Notes: a model not told the origin generated them from the sequence alone. A stretch of 64,000 nucleotides of DNA from Candidatus Helarchaeota archaeon (GCA_019058315.1 JAHPZH010000007.1:190989-254988); one strand, 5' to 3'; counted from the stretch's first letter, positions 1-10,457 are shown. Translations and numbers: made by a program.

Positions 1-143
1 GAACCCATTCTTTCCGCTCCAAATTTTGGTTGTGCTCGTCCAGGACCATCAAAGCTTTCTACGGCTAATTGTGCAGCAGTAACACCGCCTTGTCCACCTC
101 TTGCATGGAATCGTATAAAAACAACTCTATCTTCTTTAGACAT
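1..143 (-). CDS. porG: 2-oxoacid (pyruvate):ferredoxin oxidoreductase gamma subunit, 5' part (truncated by window edge)
   Basis: Manual translation from ATG at 143: MSKEDRVVFIRFHARGGQGGVTAAQLAVESFDGPGRAQPKFGAERMG; RGGQG and FGAERxG are PorG motifs. Confidence 0.85.
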   Translation of the reverse strand, partial: MSKEDRVVFIRFHARGGQGGVTAAQLAVESFDGPGRAQPKFGAERMG

Positions 144-335
144 TTTAATTTCTCCTGAAACTTTTAAATTATGTATGTAATGCACATTTTAATTACATTT
201 AAAAATTCATATTGTTTGATCTTCTTAAAACATAGCAAACTTAGTATTATTAAAATTATTGATTTTAAAGTAAGGAGAAATAATAAATCTAATTTGAGGG
301 AAGAAAATTTTAAAATAGGAAAAAATTTTATCCAG

Positions 336-728
336 TTATTTAATTTTACTATATAATTCTTTTAAAATTTCTTTGTGTACAACTAGACCAACTAGTTTGT
401 TATCTTCTACAACAGCAATACGCCTTAGACGTTTTTCTAACATAATTTCAAGTATTTTCTTTAAAGAGGTCTCTGGAGAGACGGATTCTATATTTTTTTT
501 CATAATATCCTCAACTTTCATGCCCCCAACTGAAATATTAAATCTAGAAAGCATGATGTCACGCATTGAAATCTCCCCAATAAAATTTCCTTCTAAATCG
601 ATAACTGGTAGCCCACCAATACTATTTCGAGTCATTAATAGATCAGCTGCAGCAACTTGTTCTGTTGGAGGTATTGAAATTGGATTCTTTACCATAACAT
701 CTTTGGCTTTAATATCTTTTATCGACAT
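336..728 (-). CDS. CBS domain pair protein
   Basis: Two CBS repeats (DVMVKNPISI...GLPVID...GEIS; DIMKKNIESV...RIAVVED...GLV). Confidence 0.9.
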   Translation of the reverse strand: MSIKDIKAKDVMVKNPISIPPTEQVAAADLLMTRNSIGGLPVIDLEGNFIGEISMRDIMLSRFNISVGGMKVEDIMKKNIESVSPETSLKKILEIMLEKRLRRIAVVEDNKLVGLVVHKEILKELYSKIK

Positions 729-851
729 TATTATACATTCCAGTTCCTAAATTAATAAAATATTAATTTTTGTTTTTAATAAAATTTATCATTTGTCCTT
801 GAATTTAAAAATTAATAAAATCATTTCATATATGAATGAGTTTGATCAGAC

Positions 852-974
852 GGGTAGGTAGTCTAGCTACTTGCAGATGTAAATGCGAGCTATAATGGCT
901 ATGATTCCGGTTTCGGGACGAATTAAAAGCGAAATAATCGGAGGTCGTGGGTTCAAATCCCACCCTGCCCACCA
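852..974 (+). tRNA. tRNA-Pro(CGG) with two introns (D-loop ~869-895; canonical 37/38 at 918-935) and encoded CCA
   Basis: Acceptor stem GGGTAGG(852-858)/CCTGCCC(964-970)+ACCA; T arm GTGGG-TTCAAAT-CCCAC; anticodon stem CCGGT/ATCGG with loop TT-CGG-G^A; intron CGAA pairs with TTCG forming a BHB. Confidence 0.92.
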
Positions 975-1009
975 AATAAATTTCAATATATAAAATAAAT
1001 AGATTTAAA

Positions 1010-1834
1010 ATGCAAATAAAATTTATTGATAAAACTCCTGCAATTATGGTAAAAAAAAATCGAAAAAAGATTTTAATCGTATGTGATCTTCATTTAGGAA
1101 TTGAAAGTTCACAGAATGGAATGAATGTACCTTCTCAAACTACTTCTATTACAGATGAATTAATTAATTTGGTTAAAAAAGTTAAAGCTTCAGAATTAAT
1201 ATTATTGGGCGATATAAAACATAGTATTCCTCAAATAGCCCCTAAAGAATGGTTAAATATACCAAAATTTTTCAAAAGACTAGTTGATATTGTCCCTGTA
1301 TCAATAATTCGGGGAAATCATGATGGAGATATTGATGCTTTAATTACACCCGATATAAAGATATACAATGAGTTAATTCTTTCGGTTAATGATCATAAAA
1401 TTGGCTTGATCCACGGTCATATGATGATTCCATTATCCTTTTTTCAAACAGATACAATAATTGTTGGACATACTCATCCGGCAATTGAATTTCGTGATGA
1501 ATTAGGAGTTAAATCTTATAAAAACGTATGGATCAGAGTTAAATGGAATAAAAGAAAAATTGCTAAAGTATACCTCCAATTTCGAAATTTAAAACCCCAA
1601 AAAAATCCTTTAATTCAATTTGAAAAAAAGTTCAATTTAAAAATTAAAGATCCAGATATTATTGTAATGCCTGTTTTTAATAAACTTATAAAAGGATATC
1701 CAATCAATTACAAACCATTAAAACTTTTAGGTCCCATATTTCAATCTGGAGCAGTTAAGTTAGATGAGGCTGAAGTAATATTACTTGATGGAACATATTT
1801 AGGTAAATTAGGTGAATTAATTATTCGGAAGTGA
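1010..1834 (+). CDS. Calcineurin-like metallophosphoesterase (COG1407-type)
   Basis: DLHLG, LLGDIKH, RGNHD, HGH and GHTHP motifs. Confidence 0.9.
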   Translation: MQIKFIDKTPAIMVKKNRKKILIVCDLHLGIESSQNGMNVPSQTTSITDELINLVKKVKASELILLGDIKHSIPQIAPKEWLNIPKFFKRLVDIVPVSIIRGNHDGDIDALITPDIKIYNELILSVNDHKIGLIHGHMMIPLSFFQTDTIIVGHTHPAIEFRDELGVKSYKNVWIRVKWNKRKIAKVYLQFRNLKPQKNPLIQFEKKFNLKIKDPDIIVMPVFNKLIKGYPINYKPLKLLGPIFQSGAVKLDEAEVILLDGTYLGKLGELIIRK

Positions 1835-1838
1835 AAAA

Positions 1839-2231
1839 ATGTCTAGAAAAATCGATGAGATAGTCAGCGATATTGAAAAAAAAGGAGCGATAAGTGGAAA
1901 AAATTTAGAATTATTAGTCAAGGAATACGGTGAAAGATTTTGGAGAGCTCTTAGAGCTGTAAGTGAACGGGTTGTAAATAAATATACATTTACACCAAGT
2001 GGTCAGATCGTCTGGATTGTTGCAGGTAAAAATAGGGAGTATCTAATATCATTGAAGGATAAATATTGTACATGTGATGATTTTCACGTTAATGTAGTGT
2101 TGAAAAAAAATTCTGACGTTTGTTATCATATCCTAGCAAAAATGCTTGCTGAAATTTTAAATTTATATAATACATACTCCATTGAGGATGAAAATTATCC
2201 AGAAATGATGGAGGAATGGAAGCAAATATAA
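1839..2231 (+). CDS. SWIM zinc finger protein
   Basis: CTCDDF...CYH (CxC-xn-CxH) motif. Confidence 0.85.
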   Translation: MSRKIDEIVSDIEKKGAISGKNLELLVKEYGERFWRALRAVSERVVNKYTFTPSGQIVWIVAGKNREYLISLKDKYCTCDDFHVNVVLKKNSDVCYHILAKMLAEILNLYNTYSIEDENYPEMMEEWKQI

Positions 2232-2256
2232 TAATATATCAATTGAGATTCACGAT

Positions 2257-3357
2257 ATGGATTCAAATTCATTTAGAAAAAAAGAAATATTAGTAATTGG
2301 ATTTTTTATTATCCTAATCAACCTATTTTTACTCGATTTCGGTTGGGAAATCCCTTTAGATGGATCAATTAGTGTTGGTGCGACACCTATAACGGGTATT
2401 CCCATATTACCTACACTTCTATCATTTTTATTGTTAATACCTCTATATTTTTGGGTCTATCAAATACCTCATAACGGGCTTAAAAATTATGAAAAAGAAG
2501 AATCAAAATCAATAATTAAAGTATTTCTATTAATTTTTTCAATCATTATAATTTTTAGAACATTTGTTTTACTAAGATACGGTTTGCCTTATGAAAAAAC
2601 ACCCATGATTTTCTTTATTGTACTTCAAATCATTTTTGTTGAATGTTATTATCTTAAAGATTTTGGATTTCATAAGGATAATATCTGGAAAAATATCGCA
2701 TTCACATTTATCCTTTTATTTATTGTTGGAATCATATTTGTTGGAATTTTGGGTATTATCGTTTTAGGACTTTCTTCTGTTAGATTGATAGATCTAAATT
2801 TAATATTAGGAACACCAATATCAATCAACTGGTATGGTTTGGCATCATTCCCCTTTCAACTAATTTGTGTGGGAGTTTCCGAAGAATTACTATTCAGAGG
2901 GTATTTTTTTACAAAACTTCGTTCTACAAACTTAGGATACATTCGTTCAATTTTAGTATCTTCAGTATTTTTTGGACTTTTTCACGTGTGCTGGTATATT
3001 TCTCCTCAATCACCATGGTTTATTTCCGATTTTGAACAAATGGTCTCTCATGTAGGGTTCACATTTATTTTTGGAATAATGATGTGTATAATTTTTGAAC
3101 GGACACGAAGCCTTGTCGCCCCAATAATTATCCATGGTCTAAGTAATTCTCTAGGATCTTCAATATCTATTTCTAATTTATTTGAATTTTCTTTTGGTGA
3201 AATAACGTTTAGTGGAATATCAATCAGTGGTTTAACACCAAGTGCCGAAATATGGCTTATTATATTAACTGCAGTCACTATTATACCGATGTTTTTCTTC
3301 TTCGTAATTTCGATTTTACCTCGTTTAACAAAATGGATTGGTGTGGAAGTTAATTAA
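2257..3357 (+). CDS. CPBP family intramembrane glutamic endopeptidase (CAAX/Abi)
   Basis: EELLFRG, FGLFH and HGLSN motifs; multiple TM helices. Confidence 0.9.
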   Translation: MDSNSFRKKEILVIGFFIILINLFLLDFGWEIPLDGSISVGATPITGIPILPTLLSFLLLIPLYFWVYQIPHNGLKNYEKEESKSIIKVFLLIFSIIIIFRTFVLLRYGLPYEKTPMIFFIVLQIIFVECYYLKDFGFHKDNIWKNIAFTFILLFIVGIIFVGILGIIVLGLSSVRLIDLNLILGTPISINWYGLASFPFQLICVGVSEELLFRGYFFTKLRSTNLGYIRSILVSSVFFGLFHVCWYISPQSPWFISDFEQMVSHVGFTFIFGIMMCIIFERTRSLVAPIIIHGLSNSLGSSISISNLFEFSFGEITFSGISISGLTPSAEIWLIILTAVTIIPMFFFFVISILPRLTKWIGVEVN

Positions 3358-3419
3358 AATCTGAGTTGAATTTACCAAAAAAAATATTTATAATAATTAT
3401 TTTATAAGAAAATGTTAGT

Positions 3420-3629
3420 GTGAGGTTTATGAAAAGTCTTCAATATCCCGGATTACCAGATTACTGGAATGATATATTAAATCAACAACCGATTACGCCA
3501 GGTCTTTCAACTGAAATGTATTCAACTTTTTATTATATTGTAATGATAATAGGAGTAGTTGCTTTAATTCTTATAGTGATATATGCTCTAACTGGCGAGG
3601 AAAAAGAAGAACAAGTGGGATATGAATAA
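3420..3629 (+). CDS. Small single-TM membrane protein
   Basis: One hydrophobic helix plus acidic tail; co-oriented with neighbours; ATG at 3429 is a likely start. Confidence 0.55.
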   Translation: MRFMKSLQYPGLPDYWNDILNQQPITPGLSTEMYSTFYYIVMIIGVVALILIVIYALTGEEKEEQVGYE

Positions 3630-3718
3630 ATAATACAAGTTGATATGAATTATTCTCTATTTTTTTAATTAATTTATCTATTTAAACTTTTAAATACTTG
3701 AATTCATTTAGGAGAAAT

Positions 3719-4468
3719 ATGGTTCTTGAAATATTAGAAAAGATTAAGAAAGAGCTGGGACCGGTTTTAAAACACTCGGCAATAATTTATACAGATGGCA
3801 CTGTCTTACAAAGTACATTTCCTGATAATGTTAATGTTAGAGGAATTGGAGATAATCTTGCTGAAGCATTAAGTCATCTTAATACGATAAGTGAATTTTT
3901 ACAGTATGAATCAAGTGAATTCTTTAATGAATTAATTTTTCGTACTCCAAATTATTATATTCTTGCAATTCGAACTCATGCTGTAATAGTTGTATTAATT
4001 TTGGATTTATCAAAAGCTAGAGTTTGGGAACTTGATGATATTTATGAGACCATCAGCAATTATTTAGATGAAATTAAAAGCTTAGCTGATTGGGACAAGT
4101 CAGAATTCGAAATTGAGGAAATAAAACAAGAGACTGAAAAAGTAGAGAAAGAAATAGAAAAAATAAAGGAAACTGGAAAAAAAATAAAAGAAAAAGATAT
4201 TGAATTAAGAGAAGAAAAGAAAAAAATAAGGGATGAAAAAAAGGAAATTCGAGAAATAGAAAAAATTGCCCCAGAAGAAGAAGTAGACAAAATACAAAAA
4301 GATTTGGAAAAATTAAAGAAAAAAGAGGAAAAAATTAGAAAGGAAGAAAAGAAAATTTTAAAAGAAACACAAAAACTTCGTGAAAAAAGTGAAGAAATAA
4401 TACAAAAGAAAGAGGAACTTGAAGAAAAAGAGAAAGAAATTATCAAAAAGAAAGAAGAATCTGAATAA
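3719..4468 (+). CDS. Roadblock/LC7 (profilin-like fold) domain protein with long K/E coiled-coil tail
   Basis: N-terminal helix + SAIIYTDGTVLQSTFP + helix + three strands; about 120 aa of K/E-rich coiled coil; AGGAG upstream of ATG 3719. Confidence 0.75.
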   Translation: MVLEILEKIKKELGPVLKHSAIIYTDGTVLQSTFPDNVNVRGIGDNLAEALSHLNTISEFLQYESSEFFNELIFRTPNYYILAIRTHAVIVVLILDLSKARVWELDDIYETISNYLDEIKSLADWDKSEFEIEEIKQETEKVEKEIEKIKETGKKIKEKDIELREEKKKIRDEKKEIREIEKIAPEEEVDKIQKDLEKLKKKEEKIRKEEKKILKETQKLREKSEEIIQKKEELEEKEKEIIKKKEESE

Positions 4469-4530
4469 AAAGCTAAAGATTTCAAAATTTTCTTAAAAAT
4501 AAAATGTTCAAAAAAAATATATAAAATAGA

Positions 4531-5973
4531 TTGAAAATGATTGCAATATTACTCACATTAATAGTGTTTATAGTTGTTATTGTTACAATAGCAACAGAAA
4601 AGATGAATAGGGCAGTTATCTCTTTACTTGGTGCCATTTTTCTGTTTTTATTCCTATTTTTTTACACCCAAAACATTAGCAATACATTAGCATTTCCTTG
4701 GAAGTTCAATTTTGAAAACCTTAGCAATTTATTGATATTAATACTAGATATTAAACCCTTTGAAAAATTGTCCTTATTATTATTTCAGAATGATTATCTT
4801 TCTCCGTTTCAATTCTTTAATATAATTGATTTCATGGTTGGAACAAGAGAAGATAATTTTAATAATCTACATTCCATCATCTTAATTTTAGGCATCATGA
4901 TTCAAGTAGGTATTTGCCATGAAGCAGGCGTATTTCAATTTGTAGCACTAAATCTTGTTAAAAGTTCAAAAGGTGATCCTAACAGATTACTTCTTATCTG
5001 CTGTCTTCTTTCAGTATTTCTTTCTTCCATTATTAATAATATTTTAACTGTTATTGTCTTAATACCTCTAACAATTATGATTTGTAGAATGCTTAGTATC
5101 AATCCAGTACCTTACATATTGAGTGAAGCTATTTTAGTAAACATTGGTGGCATCATATTTCCCATTAGTTCTGTTCCGAATGTGCTAATTAGTGAATCAG
5201 GTGGATTAAATTTTATACATTATTTAATTTATATTGCTTGGTTCGCCATAATTCTTTTATTGGTTACTTTTTTGATATTCCAATTATATTTTAAGAAAAA
5301 ATTAAAAGTCCCGGAAAGCAGATTAGTCAGAGTCCTAGAAGAATTTAATCCATGGAATTTCGTTCCTAATAAACAACTTTTTTATAGTTCAATATTTAGC
5401 TTGATTATTACTTTTATATTAATAATTGCTATTCCAACTTTCACTGATATAATTGCTTTGACTTTAGGGTTATTACTAATAATTATTAGTAAGATAAATG
5501 CTAGTGATGCTATAAAAACCATTGATTTTGAATTAATCCTTTATCTATTGGGTATTTTTATAATCACTGGTTGTATGGATTATGTTGGTATAATTGATTC
5601 AATTGGCTTCGCATTAAAGCACATTACAGGAGGTTCACCGCAAATTACTGCTCAAGTATCACTTTGGATACCTGCATTTCTAAGTAGTTCAATAGATAAT
5701 ATTCCTATTACCAGTGCTTTAATTCCTATCATGCCAATTTTAACATTTAATTTTAATACTTATCAATCTCAAGTTTCATATTTTGCTCTTGGATTCGGAA
5801 CAAACCTTGGCGATAATCTCACACCTATGGGAGACAACATTCTAGTGATGAATTTAACAAAACAACATGGAATAGAATTAAAATTTAAGCAATTTTTTAA
5901 AATTGGATTTTTAAGCACTATAATTCAACTTTCAGTAACCAGCTTTTATCTTGCCATTTTAATGTCTTTTTAA
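4531..5973 (+). CDS. SLC13/ArsB/NhaD-family ion transporter, paralog 1
   Basis: SSIINN, NIGG...PNV, SSSIDNIP and GTNLGDNLTPMG motifs. Confidence 0.85.
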   Translation: MKMIAILLTLIVFIVVIVTIATEKMNRAVISLLGAIFLFLFLFFYTQNISNTLAFPWKFNFENLSNLLILILDIKPFEKLSLLLFQNDYLSPFQFFNIIDFMVGTREDNFNNLHSIILILGIMIQVGICHEAGVFQFVALNLVKSSKGDPNRLLLICCLLSVFLSSIINNILTVIVLIPLTIMICRMLSINPVPYILSEAILVNIGGIIFPISSVPNVLISESGGLNFIHYLIYIAWFAIILLLVTFLIFQLYFKKKLKVPESRLVRVLEEFNPWNFVPNKQLFYSSIFSLIITFILIIAIPTFTDIIALTLGLLLIIISKINASDAIKTIDFELILYLLGIFIITGCMDYVGIIDSIGFALKHITGGSPQITAQVSLWIPAFLSSSIDNIPITSALIPIMPILTFNFNTYQSQVSYFALGFGTNLGDNLTPMGDNILVMNLTKQHGIELKFKQFFKIGFLSTIIQLSVTSFYLAILMSF

Positions 5974-6055
5974 TGGCTGTAAAAGAAATTAAATTGTATT
6001 GATGAATAAAAATATAAAATCTTCAACTACACTTTTTATTACAGATTGATGAAAA

Positions 6056-7495
6056 ATGATCCAAATTATATTCACTTTAATCGTATTTATTATTGTAATT
6101 CTACTAATTGCAACCGAAAAGATGAATAAAACAATTGCAGCCTTATTCGGAGGCATTATTCTTTTTATATTTCTGAGTTATTATACTCAAAATGTCTTAA
6201 ATACGATTTCCTTACCCTTAAAATTTGACTTGGAAAATATCAATAATTTGTTAATATTATCATCAGGTGATATTCCATTATTTGAAAAATTTATTTTACT
6301 ATTATTCCAAAATGGTTACTTAACGCCAATCCAATTCTCAGATTTTGTTAATTTCATGATAGGAACAGAAGAAAATAATTTTAATAATTTACGTACAATT
6401 ATTTTACTTTTAGGTATCATGATTCAAGTGGAAATTTATCATGATGCTGGAGTATTCCAATTTATTGCACTTAAACTTGTTAAAAATTCACACGGAAACC
6501 CTGAAAAATTACTACTAATTTGTTGTCTTCTTTCTGTTTTTATGTCCTCTATTATTAGTAATAGATTAACGATAATTCTTCTCATACCTCTAACAATTAT
6601 GATTTGCCGGATATTGAATATTAATCCAATTCCCTATATTTTAAGTGAAGCCATTCTAGTTAATATTGGCGGAATCATGTTTTTAATTAGTTCTGGTCCA
6701 AATATTTTAATCAGTCAAGCAGCTGGTTTAAATTTCGTTGATTACTTAATTCATGTTTCTTGGATCGCTCCGATTCTACTAATTATTACTTATTTTATAT
6801 TTAGATTTTATTTTAAAAAACAATTCAGAATGCCAGAGCAGAATTTAATTGAAGTCTTAGAGGAATTCAACCCATGGAATTTTGTTCCTAATCGACAGCT
6901 TTTTTATAAATCTATAATTTCTTTAATCGCTACTTTTACTTTAATAATTCTATTACCTGATTATCTTGATGTTGTGGCTATGACTATAAGTGTTATTTTA
7001 ATTATTTTTAGTAAACTCAAAGTTGAAGAACTTATTAAAAAAATTGACTTTGGTTTAATTCTTTACCTTCTAGCTGTTTTTATAATTACTGGGTGCTTAT
7101 CATATGTAGGAATAGTGGATTCAATCGGTTATGCACTAAGAGGTATTACAGGAGGAAATTCTATAATAACCACACAAGTAGTTTTATGGGTATCTGCAAT
7201 TCTAAGTAGTTCAATAGATAATCTTCCTATTATTAGCGCAATACTTCCCTTAATGCCAATTTTAACCTTTGGTTTTACTAATCATCAATATAAATTATCA
7301 TATTTTGCTCTTGGTGTGGGGTCTAATCTTGGAGATAATTTAACTCCTATGGGAGATAATATATTAGTGATGAATTTATCTGAACAACATGGAGCAAAAT
7401 TAAATTTTAAGGATTTTTTTAAGATTGGATTCTTAACAACGGTAATTCAATTGTTAATTAGTAACATAATATTAGGAATTCAAGCTGCTTTTTAG
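6056..7495 (+). CDS. SLC13/ArsB/NhaD-family ion transporter, paralog 2
   Basis: Colinear with paralog 1; SSSIDNLP and GSNLGDNLTPMG motifs. Confidence 0.85.
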   Translation: MIQIIFTLIVFIIVILLIATEKMNKTIAALFGGIILFIFLSYYTQNVLNTISLPLKFDLENINNLLILSSGDIPLFEKFILLLFQNGYLTPIQFSDFVNFMIGTEENNFNNLRTIILLLGIMIQVEIYHDAGVFQFIALKLVKNSHGNPEKLLLICCLLSVFMSSIISNRLTIILLIPLTIMICRILNINPIPYILSEAILVNIGGIMFLISSGPNILISQAAGLNFVDYLIHVSWIAPILLIITYFIFRFYFKKQFRMPEQNLIEVLEEFNPWNFVPNRQLFYKSIISLIATFTLIILLPDYLDVVAMTISVILIIFSKLKVEELIKKIDFGLILYLLAVFIITGCLSYVGIVDSIGYALRGITGGNSIITTQVVLWVSAILSSSIDNLPIISAILPLMPILTFGFTNHQYKLSYFALGVGSNLGDNLTPMGDNILVMNLSEQHGAKLNFKDFFKIGFLTTVIQLLISNIILGIQAAF

Positions 7496-7583
7496 ATAAT
7501 TGTTCGAAAAACGTTAATGATAAATTGAAATAAAATATAAATTATTTTAAATAGTAATCTATTTTTAAAATATTTGATTTCCA

Positions 7584-10457
7584 ATGACTGTAACGATATT
7601 TGATCGATTTTTACCTAAATTAAAGGAAGTAATAACGAAACAAGGTTTTTTAACACCTACTAAAACTCAGTCTGCTGTTTTTAATCACATAATGAATAAA
7701 AAAAATTTATTATTGGTTGCACCAACAGGCTCTGGCAAAACTGAAGCTGTTATTTTTCCAGTTTTTGATTATTTTCTTCGTCATCGTCAAAAGAAAACTG
7801 GAATCAATATTTTATATATTACTCCTTTACGAGCATTAAATAGAGATATTTTTAGACGAATAATAGATTTAGGAAATGAAAAAGAAATTAAAATCAAAAT
7901 AAACATTAGACATGGAGATACATCACAATATGAAAGAAGAAAACAATTATTAAAACCACCAGATATGCTCATTATAACTCCTGAAACACTTCAAGCAATT
8001 CTTCCTGCACCAAAATTTAAAGAACATCTTAAAACAATCGAATGGGTAATTATTGATGAAATTCATGAATTAGTGGATTCGAAAAGAGGTAGTCAATTAT
8101 CTGTTGCATTAGAGCGATTAAAAGATCTTACTAAAAGAGAATTCACAAGAATTGGTCTTTCCGCCACGATTGGAAGCCCACAAAAAATTGCAAATTTTTT
8201 AGTAGGAAATCGAGAGGTAGAAATAGTTAATTTAGAGTTTGAAAAACAATATGAATTTAAAATAGAATATCCTAAAATTTTGGAATCAGATAAAAAAATA
8301 GCTCAAAATTTAAAATGTAAAGCAGAAATGGCTTCTAGAATTAGAAGATTGGTAGAATTAATTGAAACCCATAAATCTACTTTAATATTTGTCAACACAC
8401 GACAAGAAGCAGAAGTTTTAGCTTCTTTAATGACCATTCTTAATCCTAACTTTAAATTTGGAGTACATCATGGTTCACTTTCGAAATCGGTTAGAATTGA
8501 AGCTGAAAATAGATTTAAGAAAAATGAAATAAAAGCACTAATTGCAACAAGTTCAATGGAATTGGGAATAGATGTTGGATCTATAGACCTTGTTGTTCAA
8601 TTTCGCTCACCCAAACAAGTTACTAGATTAATTCAAAGAGTAGGACGTTCTGGACATAAAATTGGCAAGATTTCAAAAGGTATTTTATTAACAACAAATG
8701 TGGATGATATATGTGAATCTTACATAATAGTTAAAAAAGCCTTAAACCATGAATTAGAGGAAATAAAAATTCATGAAAATGCTTTAGATGTTCTAGCTCA
8801 TCAAATTGTTGGAATTTTAAGAGATAAAGGAAGTACAACAGCAAAGGATATTTTTTCAATTGTAAAACGTTCATATATTTTTAGAAATTTGAGCGTAACT
8901 AAATTTAAAGAACTTTTAGAATTTTTAAAATCTCAAAATGTAATATGGGAAGAAAATGATTTTAATTTAATAAAGCCGAGAAGAGGTATTTTTCAATACT
9001 ATTTTAATTCTCTTTCGATGATTCCAGATATTCGAAATTTTAAAATTATTAATGCGACCACAAAAAAAATAATTGGAACTTTGGATGATAAATATGTGGC
9101 GGTATCTGGAAAGGTTGGTTCTCTCTTTATAATGCGTGGAAAATCTTGGAAAATACTTTCTGTAGATGATGAGGAAGAAAAAATCATTGTTGGTGAAAAA
9201 TATAAAGAAAGTTCAGAGATTCCTCGATGGCTTGGAGAACAGATTCCAGTCCCTTTTTCAATTGCGAATGAAGTTGGAAAACTAAGAAATAAAATTCAAA
9301 CTGGTTTGAAAAGTAATGGGAACATAAATCAATTGTTTGAAGATTCAATTATAGATTCAGATGCAATTTCAGAGATTAAATCCCTATTTCAAAAACAAAT
9401 TTCCGAAAAATTGGATATTGGGACCGATCAAACAATTGTAACAGAATGTTTTGATAATTACTTAATAATTCATGCATGCTTTGGTTTAAAAGAAAATGAG
9501 ACTTTGGCTAGGGTAATTGGAGCCTTATTAGAAACTAGGTTTCGAGTCAATATTGGATTGAGAGTTGATCCATATCGAATAATTTTAATATTTCCTTTCG
9601 AATTCGCTCATCCAAAAATTATCGAAGAATCAATTTTGGAAACTAATCCAGAACATCTTGATTCAATTTTAGAAATAACTTTAAAAAATACAAATCTATT
9701 TCGCTATAAATTCTATCAAATTGCTAGAAAATTTAATGTTATTGCTAAAAAGGTTTCATTTAACTCTTTAAATATGAAAGGACTTGTTAAAATATTTCGA
9801 AATACACCTTTATATGAAGAAACAATGCGTGATTTAGGGTTGGAAAAAATTAACTTAGCAATTACTAAAAAGATTTTTCGTAAAATTCATGATGGAGAAA
9901 TTAGATTCAAAAATATTATTAGACCTAAATCCAAAGGACCGACTCCCTTTGGACTAGCGGGTTTAGAATGGTTGATACCCAAGGATTTTATTCTAACAAA
10001 AAATACAAAGGGAATTATTTTAGATACGATCAAAAAGAGATTATTGAACACACAAGTAAAATTATTCTGTATGTATTGTTATAGATGGGAGAGAATAAAT
10101 ACTATATCTCTACTTCCTGAAAAACCCGAATGTCCAAAATGTAATTCCCGTTTCTTAGCAGTATTGCATTTTGCAAATACAGAATTAAAAAAAGCAATTA
10201 ATTTAAAACAAAGAAATCAAAAATTATCCAAAGAAGAAAAAAAGATGATTCAGACTGCTCAAAAATCTGCTAATCTAGTACTGAATTACGGTAAAATAGC
10301 TATTATTGTATTAGCTGCAAGAGGAATAGGACCTACAACAACCGTCAGAATTTTAGAAAAAAATTATGATTCAAAGAATGAAGAAGAATTATTCTTAGAT
10401 ATTTTAGAAGCTGAACGTCGATTTGAAAGAACAAGACAGTTTTGGGATTCCAAATAA
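7584..10457 (+). CDS. lhr: Lhr-family SF2 ATP-dependent helicase
   Basis: APTGSGKT, DEIH, SAT, HHGSLS, ELGIDVG, QRVGRSGH; C-terminal CxxC...CPKC zinc site. Confidence 0.92.
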   Translation: MTVTIFDRFLPKLKEVITKQGFLTPTKTQSAVFNHIMNKKNLLLVAPTGSGKTEAVIFPVFDYFLRHRQKKTGINILYITPLRALNRDIFRRIIDLGNEKEIKIKINIRHGDTSQYERRKQLLKPPDMLIITPETLQAILPAPKFKEHLKTIEWVIIDEIHELVDSKRGSQLSVALERLKDLTKREFTRIGLSATIGSPQKIANFLVGNREVEIVNLEFEKQYEFKIEYPKILESDKKIAQNLKCKAEMASRIRRLVELIETHKSTLIFVNTRQEAEVLASLMTILNPNFKFGVHHGSLSKSVRIEAENRFKKNEIKALIATSSMELGIDVGSIDLVVQFRSPKQVTRLIQRVGRSGHKIGKISKGILLTTNVDDICESYIIVKKALNHELEEIKIHENALDVLAHQIVGILRDKGSTTAKDIFSIVKRSYIFRNLSVTKFKELLEFLKSQNVIWEENDFNLIKPRRGIFQYYFNSLSMIPDIRNFKIINATTKKIIGTLDDKYVAVSGKVGSLFIMRGKSWKILSVDDEEEKIIVGEKYKESSEIPRWLGEQIPVPFSIANEVGKLRNKIQTGLKSNGNINQLFEDSIIDSDAISEIKSLFQKQISEKLDIGTDQTIVTECFDNYLIIHACFGLKENETLARVIGALLETRFRVNIGLRVDPYRIILIFPFEFAHPKIIEESILETNPEHLDSILEITLKNTNLFRYKFYQIARKFNVIAKKVSFNSLNMKGLVKIFRNTPLYEETMRDLGLEKINLAITKKIFRKIHDGEIRFKNIIRPKSKGPTPFGLAGLEWLIPKDFILTKNTKGIILDTIKKRLLNTQVKLFCMYCYRWERINTISLLPEKPECPKCNSRFLAVLHFANTELKKAINLKQRNQKLSKEEKKMIQTAQKSANLVLNYGKIAIIVLAARGIGPTTTVRILEKNYDSKNEEELFLDILEAERRFERTRQFWDSK

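Noticed and set aside
171-356. 61-aa plus-strand ORF
   Set aside because: AT-rich intergenic region upstream of porG with no recognisable features
373-750. Plus-strand ORF over the CBS gene (likewise 11151-11627, 17079-17303, 17581-17961, 34031-34366, 60383-60700 and similar)
   Set aside because: Antisense shadows of well-supported genes
940-974. tRNA 3' end as an integration site
   Set aside because: No duplicate of the tRNA 3' end and no integrase were seen in the window
4060-4485. Minus-strand F/S-rich ORF
   Set aside because: Antisense of the K/E coiled-coil codons
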